From the NCBI RefSeq assembly GCF_002451435.1, contig NZ_DKCF01000020.1: 50,115 nt of DNA. The stretch is one strand, 5' to 3'. This document shows, piece by piece, positions 1 to 11,235 of the stretch. The notes under the pieces were generated by a model. It saw only the letters and a list, made by a program, of their open reading frames with translations. It made no database searches and was not told where the DNA came from. The DNA comes from Bifidobacterium sp. UBA6881 (GTDB lineage Bacteria > Actinomycetota > Actinomycetes > Actinomycetales > Bifidobacteriaceae). Position 1 is the stretch's first letter. Every line of letters begins with the position of its first letter. The translations under genes and the position numbers were made by a program.

Positions 1-387
1 ACGGAAATTACGACGATCGCCATCGCGACGGTCGTCACGACGGTACCGCGGATTGTCATTGCCGCGGCCGCCGCGGTATCCGCGATGGTCGTCATGACGC
101 TGGCCGTCGCGGTTGAACTTGCGCGGACCGTTGTGGAAACGACGCTCCTGGCCTTCACCTTCACCATCACGATGGAAATCGCGGTCGCGGCGGAAACCGC
201 CGTTGCCCTTGCGATAGCCGCCCTTGTGGTCGTCGTTGTGGAAGCCACCGGAACGGTGTCCGTAGGACTTGCCGCCGTTGCCGCGCGGCTTGAATCCCTT
301 GCCGCCGCGGTTGCCCGGACGACCCGAACCGTAGGACTTATGGTTTCCGTAGGACTTGCCGCGGGATCCGCGCTGTTCTTCTGCCAT
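1..387 (-). CDS. 5' part of a protein with a long Arg/Gly/Asp-rich disordered N-terminus (runs off the window; probably the TPR-type protein found after tyrS in Actinobacteria)
   Basis: Absent from the ORF track because no stop lies in the window. ATG at 387 is preceded by AAGGAAAA. It translates MAEEQRGSRGKSYGNHKSYGSGRPGNRGGKGFKPRG... and stays open to position 1. The TPR assignment is from synteny only. Confidence 0.8.
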   Translation of the reverse strand, partial: MAEEQRGSRGKSYGNHKSYGSGRPGNRGGKGFKPRGNGGKSYGHRSGGFHNDDHKGGYRKGNGGFRRDRDFHRDGEGEGQERRFHNGPRKFNRDGQRHDDHRGYRGGRGNDNPRYRRDDRRDGDRRNFR

Positions 388-463
388 GCTTTTCCTTGTT
401 TTCCTTAGATTTTTTCTCGATGATTGTGATTTGACGGTTATACCGATCGCGTCGGTTCGGCGC

Positions 464-1771
464 TCATGCGCGTTCGACCGCGCCAAGAGCCTTCTTGCCT
501 CGACGGATAAGCGCGAAACGCCCGTGCAGGAAGTCGTCTTCCGTGAGGGTCTGGTCCTGGTCCGCGACGCGTGCGTTGTTGAGGTACACGCCACCGGATT
601 TGATGGTCTTGCGGGCCTCGGAAATCGACTTGAACAGTCCGGCCTTCATTCCGGCTTCGGCGACGCGGTCGCCGACGGAGGCCTTGGCGAATTCGCCATC
701 GACCTTCACACCTTCGAGGGCCGCTTCCAGCACGGACTCCTCGATGCCGGCAAGGTCTCCGCCACGGCCGAACAACGCGCCGGCCGCGTCCAGCGCCTGG
801 CGCGTCGCCTCTTCCCCATGCACGAAACTGGTGACCTCCCAAGCCAGGGTGCGCTGTGCCTCGCGCGCGCCCGGATTGGTCTTGCTCTCCTCGACGAGAC
901 GTTCGATTTCGGCCTTCGGCAGGAAGGTGAACGCCTTCAGCAGGTTCTCCATCTCGCTGTCCGGACGGTTGAACCAGAACTGGTAGAACTTGTAGGGGCT
1001 GAGCATGGTGCCGTCCAGCCAGACGGCGTTGCCTTCGGACTTGCCGAACTTCTTGCCCTGGGCGTCGGTGATGATCGGGCTGGTGAACACGTTCACGTCC
1101 ACGCCACGCACCTTGTGGATCAGGTCGAGGCCGGAGGTGAGGTTGCCCCACTGGTCGGAACCGCCGATCTCCATCACGCAATGGTATTCGTCGAACAGGT
1201 GCAGGAAGTCGTTGCCCTGCAGCACCTGGTAGCTGAACTCGGTGAAGGAGATGCCTTCCTCGGAGTTCAGACGCCGCGCCACCGTGTCTTTGGCGAGCAT
1301 GGTGCCCATGCGGAAGTTCTTGCCGACGTCACGCAGGAAGTCGATGACGCTCATCTGCGCGGTCCAGTCGTAGTTGGACACGAAACGCACCGGATTGTCG
1401 CCTTCGGTTTCGAGGATGCCGCCGATCTGCTTCTTCAGACGCTCGGCCCAGCCGGCCACGACATCCTTCGGATTCAGCGTGCGTTCGCCGGATTGACGTG
1501 GATCGCCGATCAGTCCGGTGGCCCCGCCCACCAAGGCGATGGGATGGTGGCCCGCCGCCTGAAGGTGACGCATGTTGATCAGCTGCACCAGATTACCGAT
1601 GTGCAGGGAGGCTGCGGTCGGGTCGAAACCGCAATAATAGGTGATGGGCTCTCCGTTCAACGCTTCGGCGAGTCGATCCCTGTCAGTGGACTGGGAAATC
1701 AACCCGCGCCATTCCAGTTCATCAAGGACGGAATCGAAACCGGCCTCCTTGAAATCGATGACGTGAGCCAT
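464..1771 (-). CDS. tyrS: Tyrosine--tRNA ligase
   Basis: [15 protein letters not shown] (HIGH-like), [13 protein letters not shown] (KMSKS-like), C-terminal S4-like domain; SD GGGAG. Confidence 0.98.
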   Translation of the reverse strand: MAHVIDFKEAGFDSVLDELEWRGLISQSTDRDRLAEALNGEPITYYCGFDPTAASLHIGNLVQLINMRHLQAAGHHPIALVGGATGLIGDPRQSGERTLNPKDVVAGWAERLKKQIGGILETEGDNPVRFVSNYDWTAQMSVIDFLRDVGKNFRMGTMLAKDTVARRLNSEEGISFTEFSYQVLQGNDFLHLFDEYHCVMEIGGSDQWGNLTSGLDLIHKVRGVDVNVFTSPIITDAQGKKFGKSEGNAVWLDGTMLSPYKFYQFWFNRPDSEMENLLKAFTFLPKAEIERLVEESKTNPGAREAQRTLAWEVTSFVHGEEATRQALDAAGALFGRGGDLAGIEESVLEAALEGVKVDGEFAKASVGDRVAEAGMKAGLFKSISEARKTIKSGGVYLNNARVADQDQTLTEDDFLHGRFALIRRGKKALGAVERA

Positions 1772-1983
1772 AGCTGTTTTCTCCCTATCGAATTGTGGAC
1801 GTTACCGCGTTTTACGCACCCTACAGTCTCGCAGAAGACGAAGACAGCGGGACTTGGCGTTTCCGCCCGCGATCACGGGAACGCGGGATTCGTCCAACCA
1901 GCGCAGAAACGCCCGTCAGTCATGCCTTCCACCAGTCGCACCTATGTTGAAGACCGTGCCAAGCCATGTCGCTATGGTCGTCG

Positions 1984-2766
1984 TCATTTCCTTCTGCGGA
2001 TCATCTCGCGCACGGTTTCGATGATCTTGCTGTATTTCGCCGATTCGGTGGAACGCATATGCGGGAACGCCGCGATCATGCGGCGCTGCTGCCTGTTGAG
2101 CACCGAGGCGACCGCCGTCTGCGCATGGGCGAACAGTTCCTGCGAGGACTCGGAGAGACCATGCACCTTCTCCGAGAACACGTCCCTGCCCCATTGCCAC
2201 GAGTCGCCGGCCTTTTCGGCGTACGACTGGACCATGTCGCCGAGTTTCGCGAGGTTGTCGGCCAAATCGGCCATGCCGAGCACGGTGACGATGGTATCGA
2301 TGATGACGGCCACGGCGAACACCGCGCACATCGCATGCACGGCAGGCAACGGAATCACGCTCGTGGCGTATGCGACTGCCGGGTGCACGACGTTGACGAT
2401 GAGCACGCCGGCGAAACCGAACACCACGGCGCCGAGCAGGCAGATGCGGCCGTGGATGTTGAACCGGTAGTTGCTGTAATCCCACCATCGCGCGTGGAAC
2501 AGCCGCTCCATGCCCCATGACGTGACGTATTCGAGCACGCTCGCGCCGAGCGAGGAAACGAGAAAAATCGCCATGGAATCGTGCACGTCACGCAATAGCA
2601 CGACCGCGAGCACCGCTCCACAACCGTAGATCGGGCATAACGGCCCGTTGAGGAAACCACGGTTCACCCAGCGGCGTTCGGTCGCCGAAACGAGGATCGA
2701 TTCGTAGATCCAACCGATGAATGAATAGAACAGAAACCAGAGAAACAGATATTCCAAGGCAATCAT
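1984..2766 (-). CDS. Putative ABC transporter permease-like membrane protein (CmpB/TMEM229, DUF1113-type)
   Basis: FLFYSFIGWIYE, NRGFLNGPLCPIYG, RWWDYS and GRICL motifs; several TM segments. Start taken at MIALEY (2766). Confidence 0.85.
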   Translation of the reverse strand: MIALEYLFLWFLFYSFIGWIYESILVSATERRWVNRGFLNGPLCPIYGCGAVLAVVLLRDVHDSMAIFLVSSLGASVLEYVTSWGMERLFHARWWDYSNYRFNIHGRICLLGAVVFGFAGVLIVNVVHPAVAYATSVIPLPAVHAMCAVFAVAVIIDTIVTVLGMADLADNLAKLGDMVQSYAEKAGDSWQWGRDVFSEKVHGLSESSQELFAHAQTAVASVLNRQQRRMIAAFPHMRSTESAKYSKIIETVREMIRRRK

Positions 2767-2794
2767 GCCGAATCCTCGTCGTTTCGAATCGTCG

Positions 2795-3307
2795 TCAGCG
2801 CGAAATGCCGGAGGTGCCCGGCCTTTTCGGCCTGTCGAACCTTTCCATGGAGAACGTTTCCCTGGTGGCGCTGATCTTGTCGGCCAAGGTGACCAGATAT
2901 CCTTCGACATACCTGGGAGGAACCGGCGTCAGGGGAAACATATGGTGCGCGATGCTGTCACGCTCCACACGATTGAGCCTGAAATCCCTCATCGCGTTGC
3001 GCATGGCCGCTCCCCCGTGGGTGAATCCATGGAAACGGTGCGCGCCATCGTCCCAATCATGCCAGTCATAGAGAAAATAATCGTGGAGCAAAGCGGCGCG
3101 GACCAGCGAATGCAGGTCGACCCGATGCCACAGATGCAGCCGGTCGGCGAGCCATACCGCCAGACATGCCACACGGATGGAATGGGCGAATGTGGTCACC
3201 GCACCATGCTGGTAGCAGTTTCTCTCGATTCGCATATGCCGATGCCCGATGATTTCGGCGCCGTGTTGCTGCACGAGGCGTTGGATCTGCGTTCGAGTGA
3301 GATGCAC
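2795..3307 (-). CDS. HD-domain phosphohydrolase
   Basis: H..HSIRVA, ALLHDYFLYDWH, HGFTH, HMFPL and ADK metal-binding motifs. Confidence 0.88.
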   Translation of the reverse strand: MHLTRTQIQRLVQQHGAEIIGHRHMRIERNCYQHGAVTTFAHSIRVACLAVWLADRLHLWHRVDLHSLVRAALLHDYFLYDWHDWDDGAHRFHGFTHGGAAMRNAMRDFRLNRVERDSIAHHMFPLTPVPPRYVEGYLVTLADKISATRETFSMERFDRPKRPGTSGISR

Positions 3308-3354
3308 CGCTTTGCCTGATTTCTCGATTATGTTTCCGATTGGCGGACTGCCGG

Positions 3355-4842
3355 TTACTTGAGCAGCGATTCCGGGCTTTTGTATGCGGAACCGTCGCTG
3401 ATGGAGTTGGCGAAGACGCGCAGCTGCTCCACGGAGGACTTGGCCGCGGCGATCTGTTCGCGCACCCTGAGCGGCGAAGTGCCACCCTTGCCGTTGCGCG
3501 CGGAGACGGAGCCCTCGGTGGACAGCACCTCGCGCACTTCAGGAGCCTTGTCCGCGGGAAGGAAGCCCTGGAACACGCCGATGAAATCCTCGTCGGTCAG
3601 ATCCCATAGCTCCTGTCCGCGGTCTTCGGCGATTTTCACGCATGCGCCGGAAAGCTCATGCGCGTGGCGGAACGGCACGCCGTTTTTGACGAGCCATTCG
3701 GCAATGTCGGTCGCCAACGCGAATCCGGTGGGGGCCTCGGCTTCCAGACGCTCCTTGTCGAAGGTCATGGTAGCGACCATGCCGGTGAAGGCGGGAAGCA
3801 GCACCTCGAGGGTGTCCACCTGATCGAAGACGGCTTCCTTGTCTTCCTGCAGGTCGCGGGCGTACGCGGTCGGCAGGCCCTTGAGCGTTGCCAGCAGACC
3901 GGTCAGGTCGCCGATGAGACGGCCGGACTTGCCGCGTGCGAGCTCGGCGATGTCCGGGTTCTTCTTCTGCGGCATGATGGAGGAACCGGTGGAGTACGCG
4001 TCATCGAGACGCACGAAGGCGAACTCCTGGGTGTTCCAGATGATGATTTCCTCGGAAAGACGGCTGATGTCCACGCCGGTCATGGCCGCGATGAACGCGA
4101 ATTCCGCGACGAGGTCGCGGCTTGCCGTACCGTCGATGGAGTTGGCGGTGACTTTGGAGAAACCGAGTTCGCGGGCCACCGCCACCGGGTCGAGGCCGAG
4201 CGTGTTGCCGGCAAGCGCGCCGGAGCCATACGGGCTGGCGTCGATGCGGTTGTCCCAATCGGACAGACGTTCCACGTCACGCAGCAGCGGCCAGACATGG
4301 GCCATGAGCTGGTGCGCGAGCAGAACCGGCTGCGCATGCTGCATGTGGGTGCGGCCCGGCATGACGGTGCGTCCGGCTTTTTCGGCCTGCTCGATCAGCG
4401 CGGCGGCGAGGCCGAGCAGCAGTTTGGCGATGACGCGGCTGTGGCGGCGCAGCCACATGCGAATCAGCGCGGCGATCTGGTCGTTGCGGGAACGGCCGGC
4501 GCGCAATTTGCCGCCGAGTTCGTCGCCGGCGATGTCCAGCAGTCCACGTTCGAGGGCGGTGGCCTCGTCCTCGTCATCCTCGATCGGCGCGAAAGCGCCC
4601 GAATCGACGCGGCGCTGCAGTTCGTCGAGGGAATCCTCCATGCGCTGCAGCTCGTCGGCGGTCAGCAGTCCGGCGCGGCCGAGCGCACGCGCATGCGCAC
4701 GCGAGCCCGCGATGTCGTCGTCCGCCAGACGCCAGTCGAACTGGGTGGATTTGCTCAATCGGGCGAGTTCCGGAGACGGTCCGGATTTGAAGCGGCCACC
4801 CCACAGGGCGAGGTGCTCACCATTGGTTGTGCTCTCGGTCAT
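3355..4842 (-). CDS. argH: Argininosuccinate lyase
   Basis: [35 protein letters not shown] signature. Confidence 0.98.
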   Translation of the reverse strand: MTESTTNGEHLALWGGRFKSGPSPELARLSKSTQFDWRLADDDIAGSRAHARALGRAGLLTADELQRMEDSLDELQRRVDSGAFAPIEDDEDEATALERGLLDIAGDELGGKLRAGRSRNDQIAALIRMWLRRHSRVIAKLLLGLAAALIEQAEKAGRTVMPGRTHMQHAQPVLLAHQLMAHVWPLLRDVERLSDWDNRIDASPYGSGALAGNTLGLDPVAVARELGFSKVTANSIDGTASRDLVAEFAFIAAMTGVDISRLSEEIIIWNTQEFAFVRLDDAYSTGSSIMPQKKNPDIAELARGKSGRLIGDLTGLLATLKGLPTAYARDLQEDKEAVFDQVDTLEVLLPAFTGMVATMTFDKERLEAEAPTGFALATDIAEWLVKNGVPFRHAHELSGACVKIAEDRGQELWDLTDEDFIGVFQGFLPADKAPEVREVLSTEGSVSARNGKGGTSPLRVREQIAAAKSSVEQLRVFANSISDGSAYKSPESLLK

Positions 4843-4957
4843 TTTCCATATCTCCTTGCAAACATGACTGAGGGAGAGAATACCAGTCAGGATAGTCCTA
4901 ACGGCGTTCTCTCCCCCATCAGTCAGAACGATTCGCCGGCGCGGTGACGCGTTCGGC

Positions 4958-6196
4958 TCACTCGACGCTGTTTTCCGGGACCTCGATGCCCTTGCCGAAC
5001 TTGATGTCGCGGGCAGCGGCCACGCGGCTCGGCAGACCGTAGATGTCGATGAAGCCGTTGGAGGACTTCTGGTCGAAGCTGTCGCCGGAATCGTAGGTGG
5101 CGAGGTTGTAGTCGTACAGCGAGGTGTCGGAACGACGGCCGGTCACCACGGCGCGTCCACCGTGCAGCACCATGCGGACCTCGCCGGAGACGTACTTCTG
5201 GGTGTCTTCGATGAAGGCGTTCAGGGACTGCGTCGCCGGGGAGAACCACTGCGCGTCGTAGACCAGCTCGGCCCAGCGCTTGTCGATGTCGCGCTTGATG
5301 CGGTGCTGCTCGCGCTCGAGGCAGCAGTTCTCGAGTTCCTGGTGGGCGGTGATCAGCGCCACGGCACCCGGAGCCTCATACAGCTCACGGGACTTGATGC
5401 CGACCAGACGGTCCTCGATCAAGTCGATGCGGCCGATGCCCTGGGCACCCGCACGACGGTTCATCTCTTCGATCGCCTGCAGTGGGGTGACGTCGCGGCC
5501 GTCGATCTTGACCGGCACGCCCTGCTTGAATTCGATGACAACCTCGTCCTCGACCGGCGGGAACGCCGGATCGTCGGTGTACGAGTAGCAATCCTTGGTC
5601 GGACCGTTCCACGGATCCTCGAGGAAACCGGTCTCGATGGCACGGCCCCACACGTTCTGGTCGATGGAGAACGGGCTCTTCTCGGTCTGCGTGATCGGCA
5701 GCTTGTGCTCCTTGGCGAACGCGATTTCGACATCGCGGGTGAGCGACAGGTCGCGGATCGGGCTGATCGCCTTCAGCGTCGGATCGATGGACGCGATGGA
5801 GACTTCGAAACGCACCTGGTCGTTGCCCTTGCCGGTGCATCCATGGGAGATGGTATCGGCGCCGAACTGGTGGGCGGCGCGCACGAGGTGCTTGGAGATC
5901 AGCGGACGGGAGATGGCGGAAACCAGCGGGTACACGCCCTCGTACATGGCGTTGGCCTTCAAGGCCTTCATGCAGTATTCGTTGGCGAACTCGTCACGGG
6001 CGTCGACCACGTAGGCCTCGACCGCGCCGCAATCCAAAGCGCGCTGCTTGATGGTCTCAAGGCTCTCGCCGCCCTGGCCAACGTCGAGGGACACGGCCAC
6101 GACATCCTTGCCGGTGCGCTCCTTGAGGTATGAAATGGCGACGGAGGTGTCAAGACCACCGGAGTACGCCAGGACGAGACGATTCTTATCGCTCAT
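4958..6196 (-). CDS. argG: Argininosuccinate synthase
   Basis: [24 protein letters not shown]; start at MSDKNR after SD GAAAGGGA. Confidence 0.98.
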   Translation of the reverse strand: MSDKNRLVLAYSGGLDTSVAISYLKERTGKDVVAVSLDVGQGGESLETIKQRALDCGAVEAYVVDARDEFANEYCMKALKANAMYEGVYPLVSAISRPLISKHLVRAAHQFGADTISHGCTGKGNDQVRFEVSIASIDPTLKAISPIRDLSLTRDVEIAFAKEHKLPITQTEKSPFSIDQNVWGRAIETGFLEDPWNGPTKDCYSYTDDPAFPPVEDEVVIEFKQGVPVKIDGRDVTPLQAIEEMNRRAGAQGIGRIDLIEDRLVGIKSRELYEAPGAVALITAHQELENCCLEREQHRIKRDIDKRWAELVYDAQWFSPATQSLNAFIEDTQKYVSGEVRMVLHGGRAVVTGRRSDTSLYDYNLATYDSGDSFDQKSSNGFIDIYGLPSRVAAARDIKFGKGIEVPENSVE

Positions 6197-6220
6197 GGTT
6201 TCCCTTTCTTGCAACAAATG

Positions 6221-6262
6221 TTATTCATCAGTATATGCAATACCTTGTATATTTATGCATAT
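6221..6262 (-). promoter_or_regulatory. Tandem ARG boxes (ArgR operator) upstream of argG
   Basis: Minus strand TATGCATAAATATACAAG-GTA-TTGCATATACTGATGAAT, an AT-rich island. A candidate -10 TATAGT sits at 6279-6284. Confidence 0.85.
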
Positions 6263-6291
6263 CTGACGCATAATGTCCACTATACGGCCAT

Positions 6292-6810
6292 TCACCCTTT
6301 GGACACGACGTCCAAGAGCCATTGCGCGCGTTTTTTCGCGCTGTCGTCGTCGGCGCAGATCACCATAACGGTATCATCGCCGGCGATGGTACCCAGCACC
6401 CCGCCGATCGTCTGCTTGTCGATGACGCTCGCGACATACTGCGCGGCGCCCGACGGGGTATGCACGACCACGAGGTTGCGCGCGGCGGCCACGGAAGTGA
6501 CCAGTCCCGAAAGGATGCGGCTTATCTGTTGTTCCATTTTGGCGTCCGAACCGCCCGTTGGATGGTCCTCGGGCTGTTGGACGCCGATGGCATACGCGAC
6601 GGTGCCGTCGGACAGGCGCGTTTTCGTGGCGTGGATCTCATCGAGGTCACGACTCAACGTGGCCTGGGTCACTTCGATGCCCTGATCGGCGAGAATCTGC
6701 GACAGCTGCGATTGCGAAGTGACGACGCACGTCAGCAGCGCCTGCTCGATGGCGCTCAGTCGAGCGGCCCGGGTGGCAGGACGCTGCAACGCGGGAGTTG
6801 AATCGGTCAT
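6292..6810 (-). CDS. argR: Arginine repressor
   Basis: [13 protein letters not shown] and GTIAGDDT arginine-binding motif; start overlaps the argF stop (TGATG). Confidence 0.97.
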   Translation of the reverse strand: MTDSTPALQRPATRAARLSAIEQALLTCVVTSQSQLSQILADQGIEVTQATLSRDLDEIHATKTRLSDGTVAYAIGVQQPEDHPTGGSDAKMEQQISRILSGLVTSVAAARNLVVVHTPSGAAQYVASVIDKQTIGGVLGTIAGDDTVMVICADDDSAKKRAQWLLDVVSKG

Positions 6811-7778
6811 CAGACCAGCAGACTTTCGTCTCCACGAGCCTTGCCGGCCAGCCAGGTCAGCAGGGCCTTCTGGGCGTGCAGACGGTTGCCCGCTTCGTCC
6901 CAGACCACGGACTGCGGCCCGTCGATGACCTCGGAGGTGACTTCCTTGCCGCGATACGCCGGCAGGCAGTGCTGGAAAATCGCGTCATCCTTGGCCTCGG
7001 CCATCAGGCCGGCGTTCACCTGGTAATCCCAGAACGGCTTGGATCGGATGGCGTATTCGGCCTCCTCGCCCATGGAGACCCATGTGTCGGTGAACACGCA
7101 GTCGGCGCCGGAGACGGCTTCCTTCGGATCGGTGGTCACGAGGACGGAGCCGCCGGTTTCGGAGGCGATGGCCTCGGCATCGGCCACGATCTGCGGATCG
7201 GGCAGGTAGCCGTAGGGGCCGGCCACGCGGACGTCCATACCGGCCACGGCACCGCCGAGCAGGTACGAATTCGACATGTTGTTGGCGGCGTCGCCCACAT
7301 AGGCGATGGTCTGGTTCTTCAGGTTGTCGACGCCACCGCGATGCTCGGCGATGGTCTGGAAATCGGCGAGGATCTGGCAGGGATGGAACTCGTCGGTCAA
7401 CGCGTTCACCACCGGGTGCGTGGAGTAGCGTGCCATCTCCTCGACGCGGTCCTGCCCGAACGTGCGCCACACCACGCCATAGGCCATGCGGTCGAGCACG
7501 CGCGCGGTGTCGGCGACGGGTTCGCCGCGGCCGAGCTGGGAGCCCGACTTGTCGATGACCAGAGGGTATCCGCCCAATTCGGCGACGCCGATGGAGAAGC
7601 TGGAACGGGTGCGGGTGCTGGGCTTGTCGAAAATCACCGCGATGCCCTGGGGGCCGGCGAACGGCTGGTGGTAGAAGCGGTTCTTGTGGAACTTGATGGC
7701 CAGTTCGAGAACCTGCTTCTGTTCTTCATGATTGAGATCGTCGTCACGCAGCATGTGGCGCAATTCAGGTGTTGCCAT
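6810..7778 (-). CDS. argF: Ornithine carbamoyltransferase
   Basis: [29 protein letters not shown]; start at MATPEL after SD AAAGGAG. Confidence 0.97.
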   Translation of the reverse strand: MATPELRHMLRDDDLNHEEQKQVLELAIKFHKNRFYHQPFAGPQGIAVIFDKPSTRTRSSFSIGVAELGGYPLVIDKSGSQLGRGEPVADTARVLDRMAYGVVWRTFGQDRVEEMARYSTHPVVNALTDEFHPCQILADFQTIAEHRGGVDNLKNQTIAYVGDAANNMSNSYLLGGAVAGMDVRVAGPYGYLPDPQIVADAEAIASETGGSVLVTTDPKEAVSGADCVFTDTWVSMGEEAEYAIRSKPFWDYQVNAGLMAEAKDDAIFQHCLPAYRGKEVTSEVIDGPQSVVWDEAGNRLHAQKALLTWLAGKARGDESLLV

Positions 7779-7807
7779 GTTCGGCTCTCCTTTCGAATCC
7801 GGTTGGC

Positions 7808-9103
7808 TCAGTCGTTGGGCAGATCGCACGGAATCTGCGCGAGGATGGAAACGGCCTGGTCGATGTCCTGTTCGGTGACGACCAGCGGCGGTGCGAGACG
7901 CAGGGCGTCCGGAGCGACCGCGTTGACGATGAGACCGTGTTCCAGCGCCCAGTTCATCGCGGCGTGCGCGCATGGATGAGCGAGTTCGATGGCGTCGAGC
8001 AGACCGCTTCCGCGCACCGAGGTGAACAGCTTGTTGCCGCAGGCGCTGATGGCGTCGCGCAGCTGCCTGCCGCGCACGTCGGCGTTCGCCACGAGGCCTT
8101 CCTCCTCGATGGTGCCGATCGTCGCCAGAGCCGCGGAGGCGCCCAGCGGATTACCGGCGAACGTGGAACCGTGCGAGCCCGGGGTGAACAGCGCCGACAG
8201 CTCGGCGCCGAAGGAGATCATGCCGCCCATCGGGAATCCGCCGCCGACGCCCTTGGCGAACGTGACGATGTCCGGGGTCACGCCGCCGGAAAGCTCCTCA
8301 CGCTGGAACGCGAACCACGAACCGGTGCGGCCCATGCCGGTCTGCACCTCGTCGATGATGAGCAGCGCGTGGTGCTCATCGCACAGCTGACGCGCCTTCT
8401 TCACATAGTCGGCACCCAGAGGACGGACGCCTGCCTCGCCCTGGATCAGCTCCATGATGACGGCCGCGACCGGTCCCTTGCCATGCTTGCCCTGGCCGGT
8501 TTCGGCGAAGGCGTCATGCAGGGCCTGGACGTTTCCGGCCTCCACGAATTCGAAGTTCGGCACCAGCGGTTCGAACGACTTGCGGATGGCGGGCTTCCAA
8601 GTGGCGGACAGCGCGCCCATGGTGCGGCCGTGGAAGCCGTGGGTCATGGAGATGATGCGCGCCGGCTTGCCGCCTTCGGACGGCAACGCGCCCGGAAGCG
8701 TGCGGCCGTACAGCTTGGCGAGTTTCAAGGCCGCCTCGTTGCCTTCGGCTCCGGAGTTGCCGAAGTATACGCGGGAGCCTTCCGGAGCCCCTGCGAGTTC
8801 GACGAGCTTGGAGGCCAGGTTGATCTGCGGCTCGGTGGCGAAGTAGTTGCTCACGTGGGCGGCCTTCGCGGCCTGTTCACTGATCGCCTTCACCCACTTC
8901 GGGTGCGCGTAGCCCAGAGCGTTCACCGCGATGCCGGCGAGGAAGTCGAGGTATTCATTGCCATCGACGTCCCAAAGATGCGCGCCCTTGCCGTGATCCA
9001 TCACGCGCAATGGCGTGCCGAACACGTTCATATGCACCTGGGAGTACTTCCCCAGCCACTTGGAGTCTTCGTTGCCGAGCGTTTCCAACTGTTCAGTTGC
9101 CAT
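7808..9103 (-). CDS. argD: Acetylornithine aminotransferase
   Basis: [32 protein letters not shown]. Confidence 0.96.
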   Translation of the reverse strand: MATEQLETLGNEDSKWLGKYSQVHMNVFGTPLRVMDHGKGAHLWDVDGNEYLDFLAGIAVNALGYAHPKWVKAISEQAAKAAHVSNYFATEPQINLASKLVELAGAPEGSRVYFGNSGAEGNEAALKLAKLYGRTLPGALPSEGGKPARIISMTHGFHGRTMGALSATWKPAIRKSFEPLVPNFEFVEAGNVQALHDAFAETGQGKHGKGPVAAVIMELIQGEAGVRPLGADYVKKARQLCDEHHALLIIDEVQTGMGRTGSWFAFQREELSGGVTPDIVTFAKGVGGGFPMGGMISFGAELSALFTPGSHGSTFAGNPLGASAALATIGTIEEEGLVANADVRGRQLRDAISACGNKLFTSVRGSGLLDAIELAHPCAHAAMNWALEHGLIVNAVAPDALRLAPPLVVTEQDIDQAVSILAQIPCDLPND

Positions 9104-10052
9104 AATAGGAATTCCTCATTTCAATGCCGTCTTCGGGCACGACCATGGTGCCGATGCCGGCGGTGGTAAAGATTTCGTTCAGGATGGAGTGCGGCTTGCG
9201 TCCATCGATGATGTGGGCACGCGGGACGCCGCCGTCGATGGCCCTCACGCAGGCTTCCATCTTCGGCCGCATGCCGCTTTCGAGGTCGGGCAGCATGTCG
9301 CGCAGGTTCTCCACGCCGATGCGTCCGATGAGGGAATCACGGTCGGGCCAGTCCGCATACAGGCCGTCGACGTCCGTCAGGATCACCAGCTTGCTGGCGC
9401 CGAGCGCCGAGGCAAGCGCCGCGGCTGCGGAGTCGGCGTTCACGTTCAGCACCTCGGTGGCGTCGTCCTCGTTCGGAGCGACCGAAGACACCACGGGGAT
9501 GCGTCCCGCGTTGATGAGATCCTCCACGGCCGAGGCGTCGACGCTCACCACGTCGCCGACAAGGCCGATGTCGGTGGGCTTCCCATCGATGATCGGCTTG
9601 CGCTGCATGGCGGAGAACAGGGCGCCGTCCTCGCCGGACAGTCCGACCGCGAACGGACCATGCGCGTTGATCAGACCAACCAGCTCACGTGAGACCTTGC
9701 CGGTGAGCACCATGCGCACCACGTCCATGGCTTCCGGAGTGGTGACGCGCAGTCCGCCCTTGAACTCCGACTTGATGCCCAATGCCTTGAGCATGCGGGA
9801 GATCTGCGGGCCGCCGCCGTGGACGACCACCGGATGCAGGCCCACCTGGCGGAGGAACACCATGTCCTGCGCGAAGCATGCCTTGAGATGGTCGTCGATC
9901 ATGGCGTTGCCGCCATACTTGATGACGATGCGCTGGCCCGCGAACTCCTCAAGCCACGGCAATGCCTCGATCAGCACCTCCGCCTTCTGATCGGCGCGCA
10001 GGTCGGTATGCACGTCGAAATGGAATCCAGGTCCCTTGAGCTCTTTGGTCAT
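9093..10052 (-). CDS. argB: Acetylglutamate kinase
   Basis: [27 protein letters not shown]. Confidence 0.97.
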   Translation of the reverse strand: MTKELKGPGFHFDVHTDLRADQKAEVLIEALPWLEEFAGQRIVIKYGGNAMIDDHLKACFAQDMVFLRQVGLHPVVVHGGGPQISRMLKALGIKSEFKGGLRVTTPEAMDVVRMVLTGKVSRELVGLINAHGPFAVGLSGEDGALFSAMQRKPIIDGKPTDIGLVGDVVSVDASAVEDLINAGRIPVVSSVAPNEDDATEVLNVNADSAAAALASALGASKLVILTDVDGLYADWPDRDSLIGRIGVENLRDMLPDLESGMRPKMEACVRAIDGGVPRAHIIDGRKPHSILNEIFTTAGIGTMVVPEDGIEMRNSYYGN

Positions 10053-10062
10053 TGGTGTTCAA

Positions 10063-11235
10063 TCAGCTTTCGTAATCAGCGTTAATGTGTACGTATTCGT
10101 GGGTCAGATCGTCGGTCCAGACGGTCGCCTCGGCATCTCCGGCGTTGAGGTCGATGTCGATGTGCACCTCCCTCGGCGTCATGTCCACTTCGGAACGGTC
10201 GCGGCCCGCGCCGCCGTTCTCGCAGATGCGGACGCCGTTGACGTCCACGGTCACCTTCTCGGAGTCGTAGGGGGCGTCCTGAACGGAAACGGTTCCCAGG
10301 GAGCTGACGATTCGGCCCCAGTTCGGGTCGTTTCCGGAGATGGCGCACTTGAGCAGGTTCGACGCCGCGACCGCGCGGGCGCATGCAAGGGCCGCGTCCT
10401 CGGTGGTGGCTCCAGTGACCGTGATGCGGATGTCGTGGCTTGCGCCCTCGCCGTCGCCGATGATCTGGCGGGCCAGCGACGCGGTGGCCTTCGCCACCAG
10501 TTCGTTGAACTCGTCAGGGTCCGGCTCCACACCGGAGGCGCCCGATGCGAGCAGCAGCACGGTGTCGTTGGTGGACATGCAGCCGTCCACGTCGATGCGG
10601 TTGAAGGATTTGTCGACTCCGGCGTTCAGCGCGGCCTGCAATTGGCCGGCACTCACGACGGCGTCGGTGGTGATGACGCACAGCATGGTGGCCAGCTGGG
10701 GCGCGATCATGCCGGAGCCCTTGACCATGCCGCCGACGCGGAATCCGGTGGAGCCTTCCAGCTCGACGGTCTTCGCCTTGGTATCGGTGGTCATGATGGC
10801 GTGGGACGCGTCCGCACCGGCCTGGGCGTCATCGGCGAGGGCGTCATATGCCTTCTGGGCGCCCGAAAGCACGTTGTCGAGCGGCAGCAGCTCACCGATC
10901 AGGCCGGTGGAGCACACCGCCACGTCCTCGGCCTTCGCACCGAGCAAGCCGGCGACCTTTTCGGCCGTGGCCTTCGACTGTTCGTATCCCGGCTTGCCGG
11001 TGCAGGCGTTGGCTCCGCCGGAATTGAGGATCACGGCCTTCAGATGGCCGTCCTTGACGACGGAACGGGACCACTGCACGGGGGCCGCGCAGAAACGATT
11101 CGACGTGAACACTCCGGCGGCCGCGTCAAGCGGACCGTTGTTGACGACCAGGGCCAGATCCTTCTTGCCTTCGACGGAAGAGATGCCGGCCGTCACTCCG
11201 GCCGCGGAAAAACCTTGTGCGAACGTTACACTCAC
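10063..11235 (-). CDS. argJ: Ornithine acetyltransferase / N-acetylglutamate synthase ArgJ
   Basis: NSGGANACTG, IMTTDT, KGSGMIAPQLATML autoproteolysis site, DPNWGRI. Confidence 0.97.
   Translation of the reverse strand: MSVTFAQGFSAAGVTAGISSVEGKKDLALVVNNGPLDAAAGVFTSNRFCAAPVQWSRSVVKDGHLKAVILNSGGANACTGKPGYEQSKATAEKVAGLLGAKAEDVAVCSTGLIGELLPLDNVLSGAQKAYDALADDAQAGADASHAIMTTDTKAKTVELEGSTGFRVGGMVKGSGMIAPQLATMLCVITTDAVVSAGQLQAALNAGVDKSFNRIDVDGCMSTNDTVLLLASGASGVEPDPDEFNELVAKATASLARQIIGDGEGASHDIRITVTGATTEDAALACARAVAASNLLKCAISGNDPNWGRIVSSLGTVSVQDAPYDSEKVTVDVNGVRICENGGAGRDRSEVDMTPREVHIDIDLNAGDAEATVWTDDLTHEYVHINADYES

Noticed and set aside
1772..1983. Possible T-box leader upstream of tyrS
   Set aside because: No GGTGGNACCGCG T-box sequence or specifier stem is recognisable.
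6263..6292. dif-like look of GCCGTATAGTGGACATTATGCG
   Set aside because: Spacer and both Xer half-sites fit poorly. Better explained as the argG -10 element next to ARG boxes.
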